A stretch of 64,000 bases of DNA from positions 13,020,001 through 13,084,000 of the forward strand of contig CATNEN010000003.1 in NCBI GenBank assembly GCA_950097015.1. Direction: 5' to 3'. Below the pieces are notes generated by a model. It had not been told where the DNA came from. It did not search any database and saw nothing but the letters and a program-made list of their open reading frames with translations. Below, piece after piece: positions 10,758 to 22,800 of the stretch. Position 1 is the first letter of the stretch, and every line of letters starts with the position of its first letter. This DNA comes from Macrostomum hystrix (Eukaryota; Animalia; Platyhelminthes). Position numbers and translations under genes: made by a program.

Positions 10758-13500
10758 CGCGACTTAGTTTTCCCTCACCTGTGACTCAGTTCTCCCTCAT
10801 CTGCGACTCCGTTTTCCCTCACCTGCGACTCCGTTTTCCCTCACCTGTGACTCAGTTCTCCCTCATCTGTGACTCAGTTCTCCCTCATCTGCGACTCCGT
10901 TTTCCCTCACCTGCGACTCAGTTCTCCATCACCTGCGACTCAGTTTTCCCTCATCTGCGACTCAGTTTTCCCTCACCTGCGACTCAGTTCTCCCTCACCT
11001 GCGACTCAGTTCTCCCTCATCTGCGACTCAGTTCTCCCTCATCTGCGACTCAGTTTTCCCTCACCTGCGACTCAGTTCTCCCTCATCTGCGACTCAGTTC
11101 TCCCTCATCTGCGACTCAGTTTTCCCTCATCTGCGACTCAGTTCTCCCTCACCTGCGACTCAGTTTTCCCTCACCTGCGACTCAGTTCTCCCTCATCTGC
11201 GACTCAGTTCTCCCTCACCTGCGACTCAGTTTTCCCTCACCTGCGACTCAGTTCTCCCTCATCTGCGACTCAGTTTTCCCTCACCTGCGACTCAGTTTTC
11301 CCTCATCTGCGACTCAGTTTTCCCTCATCTGCGACTCAGTTTTCGCTCACGTCCTCATCTGCGACTCAGTTCTCCCTCATCTGCGACTCAGTTTTCCCTC
11401 ATCTGCGACTCAGTTTTCCCTCACCTGTGACTCAGTTCTCCCTCATCTGCGACTCAGTTTTCCCTCATCTGCGACTCAGTTTTCCCTCACCTGCGACTCA
11501 GTTCTCCCTCATCTGCGACTCAGTTTTCCCTCATCTGCGACTCAGTTCTCCCTCATCTGCGACTCAGTTTTCCCTCACCTGCGACTCAGTTCTCCCTCAT
11601 CTGCGACTCAGTTTTCCCTCATCTGCGACTCAGTTCTCCCTCACCTGCGACTCAGTTTTCCCTCACCTGCGACTCAGTTCTCCCTCATCTGCGACTCAGT
11701 TTTCCCTCACCTGCGACTCAGTTTTCCCTCACCTGCGACTCAGTTTTCCCTCATCTGCGACTCAGTTTTCCCTCATCTGCGACTCAGTTCTCCCTCATCT
11801 GCGACTCAGTTTTCCCTCATCTGCGACTCAGTTTTCCCTCACCTGCGACTCAGTTTTCCCTCATCTGCGACTCAGTTTTCCCTCATCTGCGACTCAGTTT
11901 TCCCTCATCTGCGACTCAGTTTTCCCTCATCTGCGACTCAGTTTTCCCTCATCTGCGACTCAGTTTTCCCTCATCTGCGACTCAGTTTTCCCTCATCTGC
12001 GACTCAGTTTTCCCTCATCTGTGACTCAGTTCTCCCTCATCTGCGACTCAGTTTTCCCTCACCTGTGACTCAGTTCTCCCTCATCTGCGACTCAGTTTTC
12101 CCTCATCTGCGACTCAGTTCTCCCTCACCTGCGACTCAGTTTTCCCTCACCTGCGACTCAGTTCTCCCTCATCTGCGACTCAGTTTTCCCTCATCTGCGA
12201 CTCAGTTCTCCCTCACCTGCGACTCAGTTTTCCCTCACCTGCGACTCAGTTCTCCCTCATCTGCGACTCAGTTTTCCCTCACCTGCGACTCAGTTTTCCC
12301 TCATCTGCGACTCAGTTTTCCCTCATCTGCGACTCAGTTTTCCCTCATCTGCGACTCAGTTTTCGCTCACGTCCTCATCTGCGACTCAGTTCTCCCTCAT
12401 CTGCGACTCAGTTTTCCCTCATCTGCGACTCAGTTTTCCCTCACCTGCGACTCAGTTTTCCCTCATCTGCGACTCAGTTTTCCCTCATCTGCGACTCAGT
12501 TTTCCCTCATCTGCGACTCAGTTTTCCCTCATCTGCGACTCAGTTTTCCCTCATCTGCGACTCAGTTTTCCCTCATCTGCGACTCAGTTTTCCCTCACCT
12601 GTGACTCAGTTTTCCCTCATCTGCGACTCAGTTTTCCCTCACCTGTGACTCAGTTTTCCCTCACCTGTGACTCAGTTTTCCCTCACCTGTGACTCAGTTT
12701 TCCCTCACCTGTGACTCAGTTTTCCCTCACCTGTGACTCAGTTTTCCCTCACCTGTGACTCAGTTTTCCCTCATCTGCGACTCAGTTCTCCCTCATCTGC
12801 GACTCAGTTCTCCCTCATCTGCGACTCAGTTCTCCCTCACCTGCGACTCAGTTTTCCCTCACCTGTGACTCAGTTTTCCCTCACCTGTGACTCAGTTTTC
12901 CCTCATCTGCGACTCAGTTCTCCCTCATCTGCGACTCAGTTCTCCCTCATCTGCGACTCAGTTTTCCCTCACCTGTGACTCAGTTCTCCCTCATCTGCGA
13001 CTCAGTTTTCCCTCATCTGCGACTCAGTTTTCCCTCATCTGCGACTCAGTTTTCCCTCACCTGTGACTCAGTTTTCCCTCATCTGCGACTCAGTTTTCCC
13101 TCACCTGTGACTCAGTTTTCCCTCACCTGTGACTCAGTTTTCCCTCACCTGTGACTCAGTTTTCCCTCACCTGTGACTCAGTTTTCCCTCACCTGTGACT
13201 CAGTTTTCCCTCACCTGTGACTCAGTTTTCCCTCATCTGCGACTCAGTTCTCCCTCATCTGCGACTCAGTTCTCCCTCATCTGCGACTCAGTTTTCCCTC
13301 ATCTGCGACTCAGTTTTCGCTCATATGCGACTTAGTTTTCACTCACGTCCTCATCTGCGACTCAGTTCTCCCTCATCTGCGACTCAGTTTTCCCTCATCT
13401 GCGACTCAGTTTTCGCTCATCTGCCACTCAGTTTTCCCTCATCTGCGACTCAGTTTTCGCTCATCTGCGACTTAGTTTTCACCCACGTCCTCATCTGCGA
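10758..13500. repeat. 22-bp minisatellite (CTGCGACTCAGTTTTCCCTCAT), ~125 copies
   Basis: Seen directly; the rare variant TTTCGCTCACGTCCTC recurs at 11341 and 12361. Confidence 0.97.
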
Positions 13501-15631
13501 CATTGTTTGTGTCTTTGGTTTTTTTACGACTTGCAACACATTTCTATATTTCAATTTTTACATCCTTGTCTTCTCTTTTCTCCCTCTCTTCTCTCTTCTT
13601 TTTCTTAGTTTTTCTCCCTCTTCTTTGTAATTCCTTCTTTTCCTCTATGTTCCTTGGTACCCCTTGGTTTTTTCGTCGCTGGTCAGTTGATATTTGCAAC
13701 TTACTTTGCTTGGCATTGTATTGCGCATGAATGATCAAGGGGGAAGCATGAAATGAAAAGGGAAAAGTATGAATTATTGAGAGGGAGGCATGCCTTATCA
13801 AGCAAGAAGCATGAATTATTGACAAAATAGCATGAATTATCTAGCCATAAGCATGAACTATCGTCACATGGTCACATGGTTTATCAAGGGGGTCTTTGCT
13901 TATTTGCAGATACAGCAAGGTGGCAGGAGCGGCTCATTTTGCTAGCCCTTGGCTTATCAATGGGGTAGCATGATATATCAAAGTGGTAGCTCATAACATA
14001 AGCAGAGTAGAGAATTTATATAGTCAAACTTATTATTCTTCTCGTGGCTTTAATTTGTGATTTTTTCATCCAAATGGGGGTCTTGGTTGCTAGTATATAT
14101 ACTAAAAATACTAAAAACTAGCTTACAATAGTCATATGCCACAATATATATGTTTGTTACTAAAGTAGCCAAAATTACTAAAGTTCAGATAGTTTTTTCA
14201 ATACCTAAAATAGGCACAAATATTACAGAGGCAAGGTGCAATATAGGGCCTACTTCTTAGTAAGCATTAAAAATTATAAACTAGTTATTTTACTTACCAC
14301 TTTTTCCTGGACTTGCATGAGGTTCATCAAACATTTTAGCAACACTCCAATGCTTAATTATTTGCACTACTTCCAGATTAATATATTTCCTTAATAGCTA
14401 TGCCTACTGGTTAGCTACTAATCAAAAACTTTAATATCAAATCATATCATAGGACACAGTCAGAGACTTAAAGTAAGACTATAAGAAGATCAGCTTTGGA
14501 AACAGTACTGTAGGCCAAATGTCTAAAAAATGGTATGACACCACTAGGCCTACTATATATCCAAAATGCAGGATAGGGCTATGTCTACAATTTCAAAAGC
14601 TCTTAGCTAGCTTTCGAGCTAGTTACAATCGAAATCAACAGTAGCCTATACTAGGCCTATGAATTACGAAGTCAACTGTAGCAGCCTAGCTATAATATGC
14701 ACTAGCTGCCTGCCAGCCACACCTAAATATCTTAAAACTCAGTAGACAATTCTTAGTATCAGTGTGCCTAGCTAGTAGCTGTAAAAAATACAACGAGAAA
14801 ATTTACATCCGGTAAGAATGGGAAACGACTTTGACATGTATTCATGTATTTATGTATTCACATAAAAGAAAATCTTAGTTTTCTACTTAGCTAAGGTCTC
14901 CAATTCATATATTAATCTAAGCCAATCAAGAAAGCAGAATAACTTTTTTAAAGCTTCGGAACATATGACATGTGCTTTGTAACAATTCTAGGGGTAAAAA
15001 TTCTAACGCGCGAACTAGGGCTTGCTAATTTCTACTGTTGGGCGGCATGTGGCATGTAGCAGTACATAAAAATGTAAGCTGAACCGATTTAAACAGCAGA
15101 GGATTCGAAGAAAGTTCCACAAAAAACAAAAGCTTCCCACATTACACTTGTAAATTATTAAAATATTAAATAAATAAGTTATTCAGCTTGAACGATGCAA
15201 ATAGGCTCTTACGTTTGTATATATATTTGTAATTTTTTTACACATTTTATATGTCATATCTGTTTTTTATATATTATTTTTCGCTACATATAGGCTATAG
15301 GATTTTTAGTTTTTTGAATTCGTATTAAGTAAGCCAGCATCCCTTGTATTACAAAAGCAGTCGTTTTTAATCTTATGTCAGAAAAGAGCCGTTTAATTGT
15401 TATTTATCCTTTATTTAACAAGGCTGTGTAATCATAGTCCTACATGGCTATGTAATTCTAACCTTGTCGCAAGGTTAAACACCTACACAATGAGCTTCTT
15501 TTGCCCGCCTACAACAAAATATAAAGCGTAAAGACAAAGCCTGATTTAAAACGCTAAGAGATTGTGGCTAAATAGCTGTATTATTGAAACATAAGATCTT
15601 TAAAGTAAAAATATTTTCTTTCAAAAAGTAG

Positions 15632-15739
15632 TGTCAGAGGTGGGATTTGAACCCACGCATCCTTTCGGATACCAGAACGCTCAGGCAGCGAAGGTTGCAC
15701 CCTTGAGTCTGGCGCCTTAGACCACTCGGCCACCCTGAC
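15632..15739 (-). tRNA. trnL-CAA: tRNA-Leu(CAA) with a 24-nt canonical intron (15678-15701)
   Basis: Reverse complement folds as a cloverleaf: GTCAGGG/CTCTGAC acceptor stem, D-loop GAGTGGTCTAA, CCAGA/TCTGG anticodon stem with CAA, intron one nt 3' of the anticodon, long variable arm TATCC-GAAA-GGATG, T-loop TTCAAAT; T5 Pol III terminator at 15623-15627. Confidence 0.97.
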
Positions 15740-16883
15740 TTGAAAGCATCAAACGATTTCTGGCTATATATAGACACTTCTAAAAATGGCTTAAACGCTG
15801 AAAGACCCCGAGGACGAAAGCATACTTGTGCTTTAAAGCACAGGTTTTAATTGAGGTCAACACAAATGCAATTCACCAATTTATTACACGAAAAATTCAT
15901 ACACTCAAGTTATATTGTGTATTTAGCTGTGTATGAGTGTGGGTTTTATATTAGAAGCAATAATACATACACATGTAGTCTAGTGTTTCGTTCAAAATTA
16001 AATGTTTGCTTGCTTTGTTGAAATATAACTCTGGGAATATAAGATTATTATGACCATAAAATACGTTTAATTGATTTTTTAGATTTTTATGCCTCGATTT
16101 TATACTTTAATTTTATTGCACAGGCCTCAAAAACATGAGATCTGACGAGGGAAGTTCCATTATAAATATAATTTATACCTAGATACTTAGCTACTTATCA
16201 GAGATCTTATGATTAAGTAAAAAAACTAACGATTATTCAGATGAATATTTTCCTCAAAACTATAATCGATTAAGATTCACTAGCCAGTTTACAGTTTGCA
16301 GCTTATCCATAGACAATAAACAGTTGTCAGCTTCATGTGTTGATGCTTGTTTAATAGTCGGTTGTTTTATGGGACTACATGAATTAAAGTCTTGTCCTAT
16401 TGATCAACATCAGTAGTAGTATGCATAGTGTTTTTCGTTATATTTTTCCGGTTAGATTTCCAAAGCCAGGGAAAGTAAGCAGTGTACGCAAAGATAATGT
16501 ACATTAGGGTTTGGGAGTATACGGCGAAGAATCTATTGGAATTGCTGTTCTACCTCTGTCCCTTAAACCACACTTCTCAGTCCAACCCAAAACACCCCTC
16601 TCGCCTCCCGGCTTTTCTCATTCTTTCCCCTGCACCCAATCGGCAGTCCTCCTCATTATTAATAGAACAAGTGGACTCGGGCGCACGTAGGGGACAATAG
16701 CATAAAGGCGCATGTGAGTGCATGCATCAGTTGTTCTCCTATTTGAGCTGGGGCGCGCGCTACTATATTAGTTATTCTTACGCCTTTGCACTTTATAAAC
16801 TGGCCCGTAGTATTTTATACAGAGTAAGACGTCTTGAACTTCTAGGCAAAGCACTATAATAACTTTATTTGATCTAACGCAAC

Positions 16884-19800
16884 ATGACCTCATCATCTCG
16901 TCTAGTGGAAACCGTACAGCTAAACTTTGAAGACTTCTCAGAATCCTTTCTCACCTGTGGCACCTGTTTGACATTATTTGACAGCGGCGAGCATCAGCCA
17001 AAACTATTGCCATGCTCGCACACTTTATGCAGAGCCTGCCTACAAAGAATCATACCGCATCCAAACGGTAGCAATGCTACACCCGGTGCGTCGGCTGCGG
17101 CAGCCGTGTCTCTAGGAACGTTTCGTTGTCCGATCTGTCGCGAAGGCATCGCTGTACCTATAGGCGGAGCGGCGTCATTTCCGGCATCGTTTGTTGTCAA
17201 TCAATTGCTGGATCTGATGGTTTCGCAGAGAAAGGATTTGGTGCCAAAGTGCTCGGTGCATACTGGTAAGTTTGCTTGTCGAAAGCAGTCAGAACAGGTT
17301 TGCAGGTGTGAAACATGCAGACGTTAGGTTTTAGTATGTCTGAAATACCATGGGTGTATTGGTTAGCAGGTATAATGGGCCTGAAGGATTAGGGCTAGCG
17401 GGTGTCAAAGGCCCTGGGGGAATGGGGCTAGCGGGTGTCAAAGGCCATGGAGGAATGGGGCTAGCGGGTGTCAAATGCCCTGGGGGAATGGGGCTAGCGG
17501 GTGTCAAAGGCCCTGGGGGAATGGCGCTAGCGGGTGTCAAATGCCCTGGGGGAATGGCGCTAGCGGGTGTCAAATGCCCCGGGGGAATGGGGCTAGCGGG
17601 TGTCAAATGCCTTGGGGGAATGGGGCTAGCGGGTGTCAAAGGCCCTGGGGGAATGGGGCTAGCGGGTGTCAAAGGCCCTGGGGGAATGGCGCTAGCGGGT
17701 GTCAATGCCCTAGGGGAATGGGGCTAGCGGGTGTGAAAGACCCTGGGGGAATGGGGCTAGCGGGTGTGAAAGACCCTGGGGGAATGGGGCTAGCGGGTGT
17801 CAAATGCCCTGGGGGGAATGGGGCTAGCGGGTGTGAAAGACCCTGGGGGAATGGCGCTAGCGGGTGTCAAATGCGCTGGGGGAATGGGGCTAGCGGGTGT
17901 CAAATGCCCTGGGGGAATTGGGCTAGCGGGTGTGAAAGACCCTGGGGAATTGGGCTAGCGGGTGTGAAAGACCCTGGGGAATGGGGCTAGCGGGTGTGAA
18001 AGACCCTGGGGGAATGGCGCTAGCGGGTGTCAAATGCGCTGGGGGAATGGGGCTAGCGGGTGTCAAATGCCCTGGGGGAATTGGGCTAGCGGGTGTGAAA
18101 GACCCTGGGGAATTGGGCTAGCGGGTGTGAAAGACCCTGGGGAATGGGGCTAGCGGGTGTGAAAGACCCTGGGGAATGGGGCTAGCGGGTGTCAAAGGCC
18201 ATGGAGGAATGGGGCTAGCGGGTGTGAAAGACCCTGGGTTTATAAGGAAAACGGTTGTGAAAGATCTTCACTACTATATGAGTCGGCAGATGTTAATTAA
18301 ATTGTACTATTACTACATTCTCCTTAGGTCGCGAGCTACTATTTTGTGAAACCTGCGACACCGTGTTCTGCTCAGCTTGCCAGCGACCAGAACAGGGCGG
18401 TCATCAGAACAAGCCGGATCACACAGTCCTATCGTTCAGTGTGGCTGTTAGGCGAACTGCCGAAATTCTACTCTATAAGGTAAATTTTGAATTAACAATA
18501 TAAATTGTTTACCGAATTTTGCTGACATTTGTTCATTCTGACTAAAAAACGACTCAATTAAAACAAGGCCCACCTAGCAACAAGTCAGTTGAACTCAGCC
18601 TACGAGACTGTCAGCAAGGAGTGCGACCGCTTAGATCTGGCAGCCGAAGCGTGCATCGCCGATGTTGACAAAAGCTTTCAAAAACTGCACGAACTCGTCG
18701 ACAGAAGACACAAAACGGTGCGCGCTGTGGTTCGCCGACTTCAGGACGAGAAGAGGCGATCCATGCGAGACCAACTGGGCGTCATCGCTCAGGAGAAGGC
18801 CAGCGTTGAAAGGGAATGCGAAGGCCTGCAGTACCAGGTAAGTTTCGGGTCAGGATCTTTGAGCCTTCGATACGTATTAACCTCTTCTGCCTCATATTCC
18901 CTATCCACTGACCCACATTCCCTATCCACTGACCCACATTCCCTATCCACTGACCCACATTCCCTATCCACTGACCCACATTCCCTATCCACTGACCCAC
19001 ATTCCCTATCCACTGACCCATATTCCCCATCCACTGACCCACATTCCCCATCCACTGACCCACATTCCCTATCCACTGACCCACATTCCCTATCCACTGA
19101 CCCACATTCCCTATCCACTGACCCATATTCCCCATCCACTGACCCACATTCCCTATCCACTGACCCACATTCCCTATCCACTGACCCATATTCCCCATCC
19201 ACTGACCCACATTCCCTATCCACTGACCCACATTCCCTATCCACTGACCCACATTCCCTATCCACTGACCCACATTCCCTATCCACTGACCCACATTCCC
19301 TATCCACTGACCCATATTCCCCATCCACTGACCCACATTCCCCATCCACGGACCCACATTCCCTATCCACTTACACACATTCCCCATCCACTGACCCACA
19401 TTCCCTATCCACTGACCCATATTCCCTATCCACTGACCCACATTCTCAATTCACTGACCCATATTCCCTATACCCGACCCACATTCCCTATCCCTGACCC
19501 ATATTCCCTATCCACTGACCCACATTCCGTATCCACTGACCCATATTACCTATCCCTGACCGATATTCCCTATCCACTGACCCACATTCCGTATCTACTG
19601 ACCCATATTCCCTATCCCTGACCCATATTTCCTATCCCTGACCCATATTTCCTATCCACTGACCCATATTCCCTATCCCTGACCCATATTCCCTATCCCT
19701 GACCGATATTCCCTATTCCTGACCCACATTCCCTATCCACTGACCCACATTCCCTATCTACTGACCCATATTCCCTATCCACTGACCCACATTCTCAATT

Positions 19801-22800
19801 CACTGACCCATATTCCCTATCCCTGACCCACATGCCCTATCCCTGACCCATATCCCTTTCCCTGACCCATATTCCCTATCCACTGACCCACATTCTCAAT
19901 TCACTGACCCATATTCCAAATCTACTGATTGGTTGATTACCGAATTGAAAGATTAACTAATCGGTTGATAAACGAATTGGTAGAATACGAATGTGTAGAC
20001 TAACGAATAGGTAAATTAACGTATGGGTCGATTAGCGAATGGGTAGATTAACGAATTGATATTATTAACGAGTTCTTTATTAAAGAAACTGTAAATTCGT
20101 TATAACAAATAACGTATAACGTAATAACGAATCTGGACTCATCGCTCATAGTTTTACACATTTGTGACCCAGCGTGTGTGTAGTGCGCGTGCTTCTCTAC
20201 GCTTGAGTGAGCACTGTGTAGTGTGTGCTCAAGTTTTTTATATTTCCCGATTCCTTTCAACTTATTCAGATATTAAATGTGCAAGTAAAGCTATAAGATT
20301 TTTTCATTCCCAGTTACACTTTCAATAGCCAACTATGAATAGAAAAAATGAACTTTATTATCGACTAGAAATTATGTTTTCTGTCTAACAATAATTAGGG
20401 ATTGGGATGTTGTGAGCACAACTTAACATATTGGCTATGTTAGGGTTTTTTGTAATCTAGCGACAAGTCTTGATGGCTCGATTAAATCATTGGATCAGGG
20501 AATATGGAAGATAGGTCAGATACTGAATATGGGTCAGTAGATAGGGAATATGGGTCAGTGGATAGGGAATATGGGTCAGTGGATAGGGAATATGGGTCAG
20601 TGGATAGGGAATATGGGTCAGTGGATAGGGAGTATGGGTCAGGGGATAGGGAATATGGGTCAGTGGATAGGGAATATGGGTCAGCGGATAGGGAATATGG
20701 GTCAGTGGATAGGGAATATGGGTCAGCGGATAGGGAATATGGGTCAGTGGATAGGGAGTATGGGTCAGGGGATAGGGAATATGGGTCAGTGGATAGGGAA
20801 TATGGGTCAGCGGATAGGGAATATGGGTCAGTGGATAGGGAATATGGGTCAGTGGATAGGGAATATGGGTCAGCGGATAGGGAATATGGGTCAGTGGATA
20901 GGGAATATGGGTCAGTGGATAGGGAATATGGGTCAGGCAAGTTGAAGATCCTCATGACACGCACGCAGAATTCAGATTAAAAAATATTTGCAGCGACGGT
21001 CTGTCTGTCCTGGATTTAAAATTCAGTTTCTGTCCTCCCGATTTTTTATAAATAATTGTCTGAAAACCATTATTATAACTCCTTAAATGAGTCTTGCACT
21101 TTTGACATCATTACTTCTCGTTAGTCTTGGAAGTACAAGCACTCTCTTTTAGACCTACAGCTATGAAATATATTTTCCTTCAAGAGAGAATCTCTCTGAT
21201 AAATCAATGCTGTTTCTCTGCCCCGACTTATCGATTTAAATAAATCCCTCTTCATTTAGGCTCCCCTGTGGATTAAGCAGGAAAAGTTACTTTGCTTACG
21301 ACACGGAAAGTCTTCAGTTTATAAACGTGAACTAAACAACCATATTGATTTGCATTTTTGGCTTGTTCGATGTTTAAATTAAAAAGTAAACGATGGAGTA
21401 AGAGGGAGAGAATGGGATAAAGTAGAGGGAGAATGGGATAAAGTTGAGAGAGAGTGGGATGAAGTTGAGAGAGAAAATGGGATAAAGTAGAGAGAATGGG
21501 ATTAAGAAGAGAAGAGAGAGATTGGGATTAAGAAGAGAAGAGAAAGAATGGGATTAAGAAGAGAAGAGAAAGAATGGGATTAAGAAGAGAAGAGAAAGAA
21601 TGGGATTAAGAAGAGAAGAGAAAGAATGGGATTAAGAAGAGAAGAGAAAGAATGGGATTAAGAAGAGAAGAGAGAGAATGGGGTTAAGAACAGAAGAGAG
21701 AGAATGGGATTAAGAACAGAAGAGAGAGAATGGGATTAAGTAGAGAAGAGAGAGAATGGGATTAAGAAGAGAAGAGAGAGAATGGGATTAAGAACAGAAG
21801 AGAGAGAATGGGATTAAGAACAGAAGAGAGAGAATGGGATTAAGAACAGAAGAGAGAGAATGGGATTAAGAACAGAAGAGAGAGAATGGGATAAAGTTGA
21901 GAGAGAATGGGATAAAGTTGAGAGAGAATAGGATAAAGTGGAGAGAAGAGAGAGAATGGGATTAAGTAGAGAAGAGAGAGAATGGGATTAAGAACAGAAG
22001 AGAGAGAATGGGATTAAGAACAGAAGAGAGAATGGGATTAAGAACAGAAGAGAGAGAATGGGATAAAGTTGAGAGAGAATGGGATAAAGTTGAGAGAGAA
22101 TAGGATAAAGTGGAGAGAAGAGAGAGAATGGGATTAAGTAGAGAAGAGAGAGAATGGGATTAAGAACAGAAGAGAGAGAATGGGATTAAGTGGAGAGAAG
22201 AGAGAGAATGGAATTAAGAACAGAAGAGAGAGAATGGGATTAAGAACAGAAGAGAGAGAATGGGATTAAGAAGAGAGAATAGGATTAAGAAGAGAAGAGA
22301 GAGAATGGGATTAAGAACAGAAGAGAGAGAATGGGATTAAGAACAGAAGAGAGAGAATGGGATTAAGTTGAGAAGAGAGAGAATGGGATTAAGAACAGAA
22401 GAGAGAGAATGGGATTAAGTGGAGAGAAGAGAGATAATTGGATTAGGTAGAGAGGGAGAGAATTGGAATGGGAGAGAATGAGTAAGGGAGTTAAGGAGAT
22501 ACAGGCGTTGCAGCTGTCTGCCTCTCAGTAGATTGACATCTTTATCGACTTTTTCCGGTAAAATTATTTGTTACCTTTGAAGGCTTTGCTTGCCAATTAG
22601 CTGATTTTTGTTGCCCCTGGAAATACATGTTCTTCTTTTTCTGCTTTGTATCCGGGCAGATAATTAGATAACTGCTTTCTTAGCCCATTATCTTCACCCA
22701 GTGCGACCTTTGTAAAGAAAGAAATAAAAAAACTTTTGACGGCTAGCTAGATAATTTAGGCATTGCATCCTAATAGTTGGATAAATTGTGCGATTTTAAG

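Noticed and set aside
10758-13500. Similarity of the unit to the MIR core (CTCAGTTTCCTCATCTG)
   Set aside because: Short match only; the local CORE-SINE has a different sequence at that position
10781-13630. 607-aa and 399-aa ORFs
   Set aside because: Translations of a stop-poor 22-bp satellite, open in several frames
15790-15850. Hammerhead-ribozyme-like CTGAAAGA..GGACGAAA near the tRNA
   Set aside because: The core has an extra base, stem II (CCCC/GGAC) does not pair, and there is no stem I partner after the would-be cleavage site
17331-17990. Collagen/silk-like Gly-rich ORFs
   Set aside because: 33-bp satellite inside a well-supported GT-AG intron; no Gly-X-Y register
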